Source: Candidatus Jordarchaeia archaeon (GTDB lineage Archaea; Asgardarchaeota; Jordiarchaeia; Jordiarchaeales; Jordiarchaeaceae). From it: a stretch of DNA of 49,933 nucleotides. Positions 1 through 8,968 of this stretch are shown here, in pieces. The DNA is taken from assembly GCA_029856435.1 (NCBI GenBank), contig JAHQXB010000114.1:1-49933 (forward strand), given 5' to 3'. The number at the start of each line of letters is the position of its first letter. Position 1 is the first letter of the stretch. The position numbers and the translations under genes are program-made. A model generated the notes under the pieces. That model did not search any database and was not told where the DNA came from. It saw only the letters and a program-made list of their open reading frames with translations.

Positions 1-102
1 GTTCTTGAGTTTTTTGAGAGGAGAAACTATCGCGTAGAGTTGAACATAGCAAATTACATCGCGTCACCCAACATGAAAAAATCAAAGGAGGTGCTACGTT
101 AA
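1..102 (+). CDS. 3' end of a CDS running in from the left edge (VLEFFERRNYRVELNIANYIASPNMKKSKEVLR*), product unknown
   Basis: Frame 1 is open from base 1 to TAA at 100-102; too short to assign a family. Confidence 0.35.
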   Translation, partial: VLEFFERRNYRVELNIANYIASPNMKKSKEVLR

Positions 103-563
103 AAAATTTTTACTATTTCTTACCCCCGTATCTGGTTTTTCTTTTTTCTGCTTTTAGCTTTTCGCCTTTTGGAGTAATTACGTAGATATCTTTTCCATTT
201 TCTTCTATTATTACTTTTTTCCGCTTGGGTGCCTTATTCTATGGATGTTGGAAAGTCTATTTCATGCTTTGAGGTGCATATTGTTTGGTTTGTTTTTGGA
301 TTTTTCTGGAATGTAGTTTTAGGTTGGGTTCTATGTCGAATACATCACACATGGCAAGGTGTAGTTTCTTGCTTGTTTTGTGTTTTTGTTTATGTTTGGA
401 TGTTTGTTTTTAGAATTATTTTTTGGGTTTTAAAGGTGGGAGTTTGTTTTATTTGTGCTCTCTTTTGTGTTGGGTGGGAATGTTTTTAACTTTAAGTGTT
501 TTTTTATTTGTGGCTGTAAATCTATCTATTAGGGGTGGTTTGGGTTGTTGTGGGCTTGTAGAT

Positions 564-670
564 GGTGATGTAGAATCGTTCGGTTTCGCCTCAAAAAGGG
601 GTGTTTATAGGGCTTCTTTCACGATTTGGAGCCTTATTAGGGAGATGGAGCCGAATAAATCTGCATCACC
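564..670. mobile_element. MITE copy 1 (107 bp, imperfect 24-bp terminal inverted repeats, 10-bp TSD)
   Basis: Ends GGTGATG...CATCACC. Direct repeat GCTTGTAGAT at 554-563 and 671-680. Near-identical copy at 5876-5983. Confidence 0.9.
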
Positions 671-683
671 GCTTGTAGATTAA

Positions 684-698
684 CGAAAGCATTAAATA
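684..698 (+). promoter_or_regulatory. Putative BRE/TATA promoter of the hdrA-mvh operon
   Basis: CGAAAG followed by TTAAATA, about 120 nt upstream of the hdrA ATG. Confidence 0.4.
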
Positions 699-814
699 TA
701 AAAAATTACCGTGTTAGTCGGAAGTTTCACGTCTGAAAAATGGCGTGGGAAAATTTTTAGTGATGATTGTGTTGAGTGTTAGGAGTTCCAAACCGCCGTT
801 TGGAGGAAGCCCTG

Positions 815-2767
815 ATGGGTGAAAAAGAAGTACGTATTGGAGTGTACGTGTGTCACTGTGGTACAAACATTGCAGGTGTTGTGAGTCCGCAGGAGTTGGC
901 AAGCTATGCAGCGACTTTGCCCAATGTGGTGGTGGCGAAGGATTACCGTTTTATGTGTTCTGACCCTGGACAGGAAATGATTAAGCAGGACATTAAGGAG
1001 CACAATCTTAACAGAGTTGTGGTTGCGGCCTGCAGCCCTAGGCTTCATGAACCCACTTTTAGAAGGGTGTGTGCGGAGGCTGGATTGAACCAGTTTCTTT
1101 TTGAACAGGCGAATATTAGGGAGCATGATACCTGGGTGCATATGAGGCAGCCTAAAGAGGCTCTGGAAAAAGCGAAGGATCTGATAAGAATTGCGGTGGC
1201 CAAGGCTACAAGGCTGGAGCCACTAGAGGTGCAAAAGGTGAAGGTGGCGCCGGTATGCCTCATTGTTGGTGGTGGAATAGCGGGGATTTCAGCGGCGCTG
1301 GATGTAGCGAATGCGGGCTTCAAGGTTCACCTTCTTGAAAAGAGTCCAACCATAGGGGGAAGGATGGCCCAGCTTGACAAAACATTTCCCACGATGGACT
1401 GCAGCGCATGTATTTTGACCCCTAAAATGGTGGATGTCGCCCGACATCCCAACATAGAGATCCACAGTTATAGCGAAATAAAGGAAGTTGAGGGATATGT
1501 AGGCAATTTCAAAGTCAAAATAGTGGAGCATCCCAGATACGTCCTGGCGGATAAGTGCACTGGTTGTGGAAAATGTGCCGAAGTTTGTCCTGTCTTTGTT
1601 CCGAATGAGTTTGAGTTGGGTATGGGGTCGAGGAAAGCTATTTATGTTCCCTTCCCTCAAGCGGTGCCCAACATTTACACTATTGATAGGGATAAGTGTA
1701 TAGAGTGCAAATTATGTGTGAAGGTTTGTGAGCCTGAGGCCATTGACTTTAACCAGCAAGAAAAGGAGATAGAGCTGGATGTGGGCACGGTGATAATTGC
1801 TACAGGCTATGATGTGTATACGCCTTTTGACGCTCCTCAGTACGGTTATGGTATTCTGCCTAATGTTATTACTTCACTGGAACTGGAGAGGTTGTTGAGT
1901 TCCTTTGGCCCCACTGGTGGTAAGGTGATAGTTCCCACGACTCATGAGAAGCCGAAGAGGATGGCGTTCATACAGTGTGTGGGTTCACGTGACCAGAGGC
2001 TGTTTCCCTATTGTTCCAGAGTTTGCTGCACTTATAGTGTGAAGCATGCCAGGCAAATTAAGGAGAAGTATCCTGACACTGAAATTTTCATTTTCTACAT
2101 GGATATGAGAACTTTTGGGAAAGGCTATGATGAGTTCTACGAGATAGCGGGGAGAGAATACGGAGTGAACTTCGTACGTGGCAGAGTTGCTGAAGTGAGA
2201 CGAGTTCCGGGGACAGATAAACTAATGGTTCGTGCGGAGGACACCTTGCTGGGCCAACTTATGGAGCTCGAGGTAGACATGGTGGTCTTAGCGTCTGCAG
2301 TGATTCCCAGAGAGGAAACCGAACAAATACAACGTTTATTCCGGCTTTCTAGGAGTGCAGACGGATTCCTGATGGAGGCGCACCCCAAACTGCGCCCCGT
2401 AGACACTCTAACAGACGGAGTGTTCGTTGCTGGTATGGCTCAGGGACCAAAGGATATTCCGGATGCTGTGGCTCAGGGTAAGGGTGCGGCTGCGGCTGCT
2501 GTGGCGCTTATGGGCATGGGAGAAGTTGAGATTGAGCCCTATTTCAGTATTGTGAATGAGGATCTCTGTTCTGGGTGTAAGGTATGTCAGGACATTTGTC
2601 CCTATGGGGCAATTGGTATGACTGTGGATGGTAAGTCCAACATAAATAGTGTGCTTTGTAAGGGCTGTGGGGCCTGTGCCGCTGCCTGCCCCAGTGGAGC
2701 TATAGAAACACAGCACTTCAAGTTCAACCAAGTGATGGCTCAGATAGAGGCGGCGATGAAGAGGTGA
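815..2767 (+). CDS. hdrA: Heterodisulfide reductase subunit A (FAD, Fe-S)
   Basis: N-terminal [13 protein letters not shown] motif [17 protein letters not shown], inserted and C-terminal 2x[4Fe-4S] ferredoxin motifs. Start ATG 815 follows GGAGGA (ORF track starts at 776). Confidence 0.97.
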   Translation: MGEKEVRIGVYVCHCGTNIAGVVSPQELASYAATLPNVVVAKDYRFMCSDPGQEMIKQDIKEHNLNRVVVAACSPRLHEPTFRRVCAEAGLNQFLFEQANIREHDTWVHMRQPKEALEKAKDLIRIAVAKATRLEPLEVQKVKVAPVCLIVGGGIAGISAALDVANAGFKVHLLEKSPTIGGRMAQLDKTFPTMDCSACILTPKMVDVARHPNIEIHSYSEIKEVEGYVGNFKVKIVEHPRYVLADKCTGCGKCAEVCPVFVPNEFELGMGSRKAIYVPFPQAVPNIYTIDRDKCIECKLCVKVCEPEAIDFNQQEKEIELDVGTVIIATGYDVYTPFDAPQYGYGILPNVITSLELERLLSSFGPTGGKVIVPTTHEKPKRMAFIQCVGSRDQRLFPYCSRVCCTYSVKHARQIKEKYPDTEIFIFYMDMRTFGKGYDEFYEIAGREYGVNFVRGRVAEVRRVPGTDKLMVRAEDTLLGQLMELEVDMVVLASAVIPREETEQIQRLFRLSRSADGFLMEAHPKLRPVDTLTDGVFVAGMAQGPKDIPDAVAQGKGAAAAAVALMGMGEVEIEPYFSIVNEDLCSGCKVCQDICPYGAIGMTVDGKSNINSVLCKGCGACAAACPSGAIETQHFKFNQVMAQIEAAMKR

Positions 2768-3201
2768 GCTTTATGGGTGGTAATGGAGAATTTGAGCCTA
2801 AGATTGTGGGGATTTTGTGTAACTGGTGTACATACGCTGGTGCTGATATGGCTGGCACCAGTAGGATGCAGTATCCTCCGAACGTGAGGTTTATTAGAGT
2901 CATGTGTAGCAGTCGTGTTGATCCCCAGTTTATTCTGAAGGCGTTCGAGTTGGGCGCAGACGGCGTGTTTATTGGAGGTTGCCATCATGGCGACTGCCAC
3001 TATGTTACTGGGAATTACAGGGCTGAGGAACGTATTAAGCTTGTTAAAAAGTTAATTGAGCAACTGGGGATTGAGCCTGAAAGGCTGAGGTTGGAGTGGA
3101 TTTCTGCTAGTGAAGGTAATGTTTTGGTTGAGGTTATGAACGATTTCGTTAAAAAATTGAAGGAGCTTGGACCAAGTCCGCTAAGTAAGGATAAGGAGTG
3201 A
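2764..3201 (+). CDS. mvhD: Methyl-viologen-reducing hydrogenase delta subunit ([2Fe-2S])
   Basis: [33 protein letters not shown] motifs; overlaps the hdrA stop. Confidence 0.96.
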   Translation: MSFMGGNGEFEPKIVGILCNWCTYAGADMAGTSRMQYPPNVRFIRVMCSSRVDPQFILKAFELGADGVFIGGCHHGDCHYVTGNYRAEERIKLVKKLIEQLGIEPERLRLEWISASEGNVLVEVMNDFVKKLKELGPSPLSKDKE

Positions 3202-3204
3202 AAA

Positions 3205-4134
3205 TTGGAGGTTTTGAAAAAAATGCCCGTTACAGTAGCCATGGTTTCGCTGGCAAGTTGTTGGGGTTGCTACCAGTCCTTGCTTGATACTCACGAGGCC
3301 CTTTTGGACATTCTGCCACATTTAGACATCAAGTTCTGGCACACGGTAACTGACTTTAAGTACAAGGACTTAGAGAGTTACAAGGATGGCTCAATTGATG
3401 TGGGTATCGTTGAGGGCGTATGCAGGACAGAGGAAGACGTGCACATCTTAAAAACTTTAAGGAAGAAGTGTAAGACTCTGATTTCCTTGGGCACCTGTTC
3501 AACTTATGGTGGAATATATGGTTTGCTTAATCTTACCACCATCGACCAGGCTTTGAAGCGCAAGTTTATGGAGGCTGAAAGCGTCCAGGAACCCAACATT
3601 CCAGACGAGGATGTTCCAAAAATGTTGGACTTCATCGTGCCAAACAGGAAGGTGGTGGATTTTGAAGTTTTCCTTCCAGGCTGCCCAGTAGTTTCAAAGG
3701 ACATCGCAAACGCTATACTTGGCCTGTTGAAGGGAGAGTTACCCACACCACCTGTACGTACTCTATGTGACGAGTGTCCCAGGGAGAAATCTGAGGTGAT
3801 CACAATAAAGCAGTTGAAGAGAGACTATGAGGGGATACCGGATCCAAAGAAGTGTTTATTGGAGCAGGGATATGTTTGTATGGGGCCCGCTACCCGTGAG
3901 GGATGTGGTGCACTATGTCCCAAGGCCGGTATGCCTTGCAGGGGATGCTACGGTCCTGGGCCGAATGTAATAGATCAGGGAGCTAAGATGATTAGTGCAC
4001 TTGGCTCGATAGTAGATTATGAGTCTATAAGCCCGGAGGAACTTGTGGAGAAGGTCGGTGATGTAGCCGGCACTTTTTACAACTTTTTCTTACCATCGGG
4101 CATAATCTCAAAAACGGTGAGGAAGGCGAAATAA
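3205..4134 (+). CDS. mvhG: Group 3c [NiFe]-hydrogenase small subunit
   Basis: SCWGC, GTCSTYGG, PGCP, LCDECPR, CLLEQGYVCMGPATREGCGALCP...CRGCYG. Confidence 0.95.
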   Translation: MEVLKKMPVTVAMVSLASCWGCYQSLLDTHEALLDILPHLDIKFWHTVTDFKYKDLESYKDGSIDVGIVEGVCRTEEDVHILKTLRKKCKTLISLGTCSTYGGIYGLLNLTTIDQALKRKFMEAESVQEPNIPDEDVPKMLDFIVPNRKVVDFEVFLPGCPVVSKDIANAILGLLKGELPTPPVRTLCDECPREKSEVITIKQLKRDYEGIPDPKKCLLEQGYVCMGPATREGCGALCPKAGMPCRGCYGPGPNVIDQGAKMISALGSIVDYESISPEELVEKVGDVAGTFYNFFLPSGIISKTVRKAK

Positions 4135-4135
4135 T

Positions 4136-5449
4136 ATGAGTAAGGAGATTGTTATTGAACCAGCAACCAGACTTGAAGGACATGCAAAAATTGTAATAAA
4201 ACTGGATAAGAATAATAAAGTGGAAGACGCACACTTTGGGGTAACAGTTACACGTTTCTTTGAAAAGTTCGTTGAAGGCCGCCTAATGGAGCGAGTTATC
4301 CGCATAGTGCCACGAATTTGTGGTATATGCCCTGAGGCCCACCACCTAGCTTCGGTGAGTGCTGTCGAGGCTGCTTGGGGCATAACTCCACCAAAGGCGG
4401 CGTTAAAACTGAGAGACCTTCTTCTTCAAGCAAAAACTATTTCCAGTCACGCATTGCACTTTTATGCGTTGGCGGCGCCAGACTTTTTGGTAGGCCCGCT
4501 TGCTGAACCGCAGTATAGAAACGTGGTCACAGTAATCAAACATCTACCTGACGCGGGCAAAAAAGCCATTGAACTTATGAAAATTGGTCAGGAACTCTGC
4601 TTCTTGATAGGCGGAAGGGCTGTACATCCAGTCACATCTGTTCCAGGCGGTCAATCTAAGCCTATGACCGAGGAGGAGCGTGACGAGCAACTGAAGCGAA
4701 TTGATAGAGCGATGGAGCTTACCAAGTTCACCGTAGACCTAGCTAAGAAGGTTGTTGGTGACTATTTGGATGTCATTACTAAGCTGGGAGTCTTTGATTC
4801 ATACTACGTAGGTCTTGCCAAGGAAGGGGTGCATACCATTTTTGGCGACGCAACAGTTAGAGTTATGAGCCCTGACGGCAAGATTGCCGCGGATTTTGCA
4901 AAGAAGGACTATTTGAACTATATAGCGGAACATGTGGCTCCTCACTCCTATGCAACCCACATATTCTTCAAACCTGCCGGTTATCCGGAAGGAATATGGC
5001 GTGCAGGACCCTTGGGGAGGATAAATGTTGCAGATAGAATGGAAACTCCCTTGGCCCAAGAAGCTCTTAAAGAGTTCAGGGATACTGTTGGTAGACCCTG
5101 CAATGCTACCCTTGCGTACAATTGGGCCAGGATAGTTGAACTGGTTGAAGCTGTGGAGAAGGCGAAGATGCTACTTGAAGATCCTGACATTGTGAGTACC
5201 GATGTTAAGCTGGCGGACGTGGAGCCCAAGGAAGGCAATGGTGTGGGTATAGTTGAGGCGCCCCGGGGAACACTGATACATCATTACTGGTCGGATGAGA
5301 AGGGGATATGCACAAAGGCAAACTTGATTGTAGCTACGAATCACAACATTGCTGCTGTGGAAAAATCTTTTCTGGTGACCGCCAAGCAGATATTTGAGGA
5401 AAAGATTCATGAAAAATTAAAGCTCCCAGAGCCCATGATAAAGACTTAG
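4136..5449 (+). CDS. mvhA: Group 3c [NiFe(Se)]-hydrogenase large subunit lacking the C-terminal Ni-binding motif (VhuA-type)
   Basis: TRLEGH, L1 motif RICGICPEAH, EAPRGTLIHHY. Ends ...PEPMIKT* with no DPCxxC motif; that motif is in the next ORF. Confidence 0.93.
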   Translation: MSKEIVIEPATRLEGHAKIVIKLDKNNKVEDAHFGVTVTRFFEKFVEGRLMERVIRIVPRICGICPEAHHLASVSAVEAAWGITPPKAALKLRDLLLQAKTISSHALHFYALAAPDFLVGPLAEPQYRNVVTVIKHLPDAGKKAIELMKIGQELCFLIGGRAVHPVTSVPGGQSKPMTEEERDEQLKRIDRAMELTKFTVDLAKKVVGDYLDVITKLGVFDSYYVGLAKEGVHTIFGDATVRVMSPDGKIAADFAKKDYLNYIAEHVAPHSYATHIFFKPAGYPEGIWRAGPLGRINVADRMETPLAQEALKEFRDTVGRPCNATLAYNWARIVELVEAVEKAKMLLEDPDIVSTDVKLADVEPKEGNGVGIVEAPRGTLIHHYWSDEKGICTKANLIVATNHNIAAVEKSFLVTAKQIFEEKIHEKLKLPEPMIKT

Positions 5450-5475
5450 TGAAAATAGGTGGAGGATAAGGAAAA

Positions 5476-5625
5476 ATGCCAGAAATCGACCCAAAGATTC
5501 TTAACCTTATGGAGATGGTTATGCGGTCGTATGACTGCTGACTTAGTTGCTCCGCGCACCTTATTATCCTTGACAGTGAGGGTAATGAGATTGCGAGCAA
5601 AGAGATTGTGATCGGCTCTGGTTGA
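5476..5625 (+). CDS. vhuU: VhuU-type selenocysteine peptide, 49 aa: MPEIDPKILNLMEMVMRSYDC[U]LSCSAHLIILDSEGNEIASKEIVIGSG
   Basis: GGAGG at 5461-5465, ATG 5476. In-frame TGA at 5539-5541 sits at the first Ni-ligand position of the L2 motif (D-x-C/U-x-x-C-x-x-H). The frame stays open to TGA 5623-5625, with a SECIS-like hairpin directly after. Confidence 0.9.
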
Positions 5626-5626
5626 T

Positions 5627-5661
5627 CCGGCGTCTGAAACCCCGAAGAGGGAAGACACCGG
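5627..5661 (+). ncRNA. Archaeal-type SECIS element in the vhuU 3' UTR
   Basis: CCGG-C-GTCT-GAAA-CCC-CGAAGA-GGG-A-AGAC-A-CCGG: basal stems, a GAA(A)/A asymmetric loop and three C-G pairs below the apical loop, as in Methanococcales/Methanopyrus SECIS. Confidence 0.8.
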
Positions 5662-5875
5662 GGACACCCCCCGCCGGGGGTTGCTTATCCGATCTCTGAT
5701 TCCTGCCAAAAAAGATAGGCTTTAAAACCATTCATAAGTGTTAGGAGTTTTAGGACAATTCCCAGAATTTTTTAGAAATTAATAATTTTTAGTGACTTTT
5801 TAGTTTTTTAATTTTTAAATGATTATTATTAATATGCGTATTTTCTTTTTTGTAGCAGCGAATTAGTGATTTTTG

Positions 5876-5983
5876 GGTGATGTAGAATTGTTCGGTTTCG
5901 CCTCAAAAAAGGGGTGTTTATAGGGCTTCTTTCACGATTTGGAGCCTTATTAGGGAGATGGAACCGAATAAATCTTCATCACC
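5876..5983. mobile_element. MITE copy 2 (108 bp, 9-bp TSD)
   Basis: Four differences from copy 1. Direct repeat TGATTTTTG at 5867-5875 and 5984-5992. Confidence 0.9.
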
Positions 5984-6062
5984 TGATTTTTGGGCGGCGA
6001 AAGTTATTTATTGGTGTAAGATTATAAATCTATAACGTTTTAGGGTCTTTGAGGGTTTTTTC

Positions 6063-6578
6063 ATGCAGCAGTTTAAGGTTGTTGTGGCGGGGCCGCGGGC
6101 TAGCGGCAAAACGGAAATTGTTTCAAGATTGGCGGAAAAGTTTGGTGGAAAAGGTGTTATTCATATCGATGCTGCGGGTTCCACGGTTTGTATGGATTAC
6201 ACTTACTTTGATGTGAATGGCTCGCGTTTTCATTTCTTTGGAACTCCGGGGGCAGACCAATTTTCGGTGGTTAGAAAATCTTTGTCTAAGGGGTTGAATG
6301 CTCTGCTCCTAGTGGTGAATAATGGTGAACCAGATTCCCTTTCAAAGGCGCGTGCAATCTACGAGGAAATAGTTGGAAACAGGGCGGTTCCCACGGTAGT
6401 GGCTGTAAACGAGAAAAATTCGGAGGCTTCTTTATTTTTAAACGAAGTTAAGAACGTTTTTAATGTGCCGGACAGTAATGTAATTACTGTTAATGCCAAG
6501 AGTGGTGAGGGAGTAGAGAAGCTCTTTTCAGAGATGATCAAAGTCGTTACAAATCATTACTCTAAGAACAGTACCTAA
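6063..6578 (+). CDS. Small GTPase, MglA/CvnD-like, divergent
   Basis: P-loop GPRASGKT, switch I STVCMDY, G3 region FFGTPG, degenerate G4 VNEKN, G5 NAKSGEGV. Confidence 0.8.
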   Translation: MQQFKVVVAGPRASGKTEIVSRLAEKFGGKGVIHIDAAGSTVCMDYTYFDVNGSRFHFFGTPGADQFSVVRKSLSKGLNALLLVVNNGEPDSLSKARAIYEEIVGNRAVPTVVAVNEKNSEASLFLNEVKNVFNVPDSNVITVNAKSGEGVEKLFSEMIKVVTNHYSKNST

Positions 6579-6670
6579 AACTTTTTATTCCCGTTTGTAT
6601 TATAGCAAAACTATAATTAGGACTTTAACCTGTAAATGATACATGGCTTTAACAGCGGATGTGACCTGAA

Positions 6671-7222
6671 ATGAGAAATAAACGGTTGATTAGTATAACA
6701 TTAACTATGATGATTGCATTAGCCTTCTCAGTATTTGCCCTCGCACCCATAGGAGCCTCAAACACATTTTGGTATGTGAACTCATACATTCCTAACTTAT
6801 ATTCTCCTCAATTGAGTGCTAGTGATGTTGGAAGCAAACAAGGGCCATATAATCTTACAGTGAGCTTTAACACTTATTATATTCAGGAGAGCGGCGATTT
6901 AATGATGTTCGTAGTTTTAGCTTCGACGCCCTCAGGCATAGTGCCCGGAATGGTGCTAGGCAATGGAACAACGGGTTGGCACTTTGTACCAGTAGACTAT
7001 TATACGCCCTCCATCACTCTTAGCCTTGAGGGGAATGTAACATTGTTCATATATGGAGCTTTAATGAAGAATGTTTGGCCCAGCGGTTGGCGCACTGTTG
7101 ACGAATGCTTTGGACTAGTGGGATTATACAACCCAATTAATAATGAAACTAATCGCTCTAATCTAGTAACTGCAAATGGAAACTGGCACATGATCCTAAT
7201 ATTTAGTGTAGCAGCTTTTTAA
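6671..7222 (+). CDS. Secreted/surface protein, probable glycoprotein
   Basis: Basic N-terminus plus hydrophobic signal peptide; five NxS/T sequons (NLT, NGT, NVT, NET, NRS). Confidence 0.7.
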   Translation: MRNKRLISITLTMMIALAFSVFALAPIGASNTFWYVNSYIPNLYSPQLSASDVGSKQGPYNLTVSFNTYYIQESGDLMMFVVLASTPSGIVPGMVLGNGTTGWHFVPVDYYTPSITLSLEGNVTLFIYGALMKNVWPSGWRTVDECFGLVGLYNPINNETNRSNLVTANGNWHMILIFSVAAF

Positions 7223-7358
7223 GAAACCAGCGGGAATGAAAAATTTCAGCAGCAGTACCTTAAACGTGGATCTGGCAAGTCGTAAAATAAGATGTTCTAC
7301 AGAGTGCATAGTTAGGGGTTTAAACTTACTTTCCAGTGGCGGGCAATAGATAGTTTCT

Positions 7359-7712
7359 CTACCTTTTCTCCTCTATTTTTCTAAGAGTTCGGTCAGCCTC
7401 GGTTGTAATTCTGGTTGTGGCTTCAGCTATTTTTCTGATTGCCTGTTCAATATCACCTAAGAGCAGGTTTTCTTCTGCTTTTTTAAACAGTTCAAGTGCA
7501 TTAGAGAAAAGGTCAGATTTTGTGACGTTAACCGCTATGCTTGCCTCAAGGTTAATCGCGTCTAGCACCCACCAAATTACCTCCCTAGGTTCTGGTTCCC
7601 CTCCACCCACCAAATAGGCTGAGTACCTTGTAAGGATAGATGAGAAAATAATCGAAAGCACCTTCAACTTCTCGGCAAAACAGTAAATTTCATAATCTTC
7701 CATTAAAAGCAT
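7359..7712 (-). CDS. Hypothetical helical protein
   Basis: 117-aa ORF fills the gap between flanking genes and has protein-like composition. Confidence 0.55.
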   Translation of the reverse strand: MLLMEDYEIYCFAEKLKVLSIIFSSILTRYSAYLVGGGEPEPREVIWWVLDAINLEASIAVNVTKSDLFSNALELFKKAEENLLLGDIEQAIRKIAEATTRITTEADRTLRKIEEKR

Positions 7713-7797
7713 CCCTTTCCATAAAATCTATTGACATATTCATTACAATTCTTTACCTTTTATTGTTTTCTAAACCATCTCTTGATTTGAGATGGGT

Positions 7798-8760
7798 TTA
7801 CTTTGTTTTGGCGGCTAGTCGCATAAACGCTTTTCTCCATCTTTCGATAGCCTCTTCGTTTCCTCCCAAAGCTTTAACCATGAAACCTGTTTTGTAAGCA
7901 ATTAGTGTCAAAGTGGAGAATTTGGGTCTCACAATAAATTTGAACAGGAAAATTATTATGTTTGCCGCTCCATCAAGTAATTTCCACAAGTTTGACCCAG
8001 CATACACTTCTTCGGACATGCCAAAATATAGGGCACGTCTAATGAAATGCTCTTTTGATATGCGCTCTTTAAACATTTTGTGTTTAACTACTGCATCTGG
8101 AGTGTAAACTACTCTATAGCCTGCCGCCCTAACCCTTAGTCCCAAGTCGGTATCCTCACCAGAGTAAAGTCCTCCAGACTTTCTGGTGATGTCCTCATTT
8201 AGAAAGTTGATTTTTTCCATAACGCTTCTCCGCACCGCCATATTACAGCCATAAGGATTTAGGGCTTCGGTACGCTGATTCTCTGTTCTTATTGCTAGTA
8301 TGGGGTAAATTGGAGGCTCCAGCCACTTTGGAACTTTATCATAAAATATGGGTAGCACCTTCCCGGTGACCAGACCGATTTGCGGTGACTCTTCAAAAAC
8401 CTTCACTAGGTTTGCTATCCAGTCCTCCCGATGAATTATGCAGTCGTCATCTGTGGAAACTATTATTTCCCCCTTAGATTTACGCATAATAAGGTTCCTT
8501 GAGCGAGTGTTCCCCATTTCAGTATCATTTCTAATGACGTGAAAATTTTTGTGGTGGCTGAATCTACTCTTCAAATATTCGTAGGTTCCATCTGCAGATG
8601 CGTCGTCTATCACCCACACATCAAAATTGGGGTAATTTTGGCTCAGGATACCCTCCAAACACTCAGCGACATCTTTTTTTCGATTGTAGGCACACAAAAC
8701 AACGGAAACAGACAAAACCATTTCACTGTATCTCCTTATAAACGCGTTGTAGAATTTCAC
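7798..8760 (-). CDS. Glycosyltransferase family 2
   Basis: SVVLCAYNR, IDDASADGT, STDDDC, GEDTDL. Confidence 0.93.
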   Translation of the reverse strand: MKFYNAFIRRYSEMVLSVSVVLCAYNRKKDVAECLEGILSQNYPNFDVWVIDDASADGTYEYLKSRFSHHKNFHVIRNDTEMGNTRSRNLIMRKSKGEIIVSTDDDCIIHREDWIANLVKVFEESPQIGLVTGKVLPIFYDKVPKWLEPPIYPILAIRTENQRTEALNPYGCNMAVRRSVMEKINFLNEDITRKSGGLYSGEDTDLGLRVRAAGYRVVYTPDAVVKHKMFKERISKEHFIRRALYFGMSEEVYAGSNLWKLLDGAANIIIFLFKFIVRPKFSTLTLIAYKTGFMVKALGGNEEAIERWRKAFMRLAAKTK

Positions 8761-8968
8761 CCACGTAATTAATATAAAATTGTCTTTAAACCTTTTTATT
8801 TTAAAAATTCAAACATCGAGACTTGTAGTGGCCGGAAAATTATTAATTAGTTTTTCTATTATCACTCTTATATTTGGATTTCCTTTAGTTATATCGGATT
8901 TGTTCTCTGAGGATTTCCGAAAAGTAGAAAATGTGGTATAATGTTTCAATTTGCTAGGGTAGTTTTCT

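Noticed and set aside
229-683. ORFs 229-489 and 423-683
   Set aside because: Low-complexity G/T tract translating to F/V/C/W-rich sequence; the second ORF runs across MITE copy 1.
815-3201. Selenocysteine in HdrA or MvhD
   Set aside because: The relevant positions (DCSAC; CNWC; GCHHGDC) are TGC/TGT codons and both frames are open.
4136-5625. mvhA as a truncated pseudogene or frameshift
   Set aside because: The missing C-terminus is a separate ORF with its own SD and ATG and a SECIS, matching the known VhuA/VhuU split.
564-5983. Composite transposon carrying hdrA-mvhDGA-vhuU between two MITE copies
   Set aside because: Each MITE has its own distinct TSD on both sides, so these are independent insertions. 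The outer flanks (GCTTGTAGAT vs TGATTTTTG) do not match.
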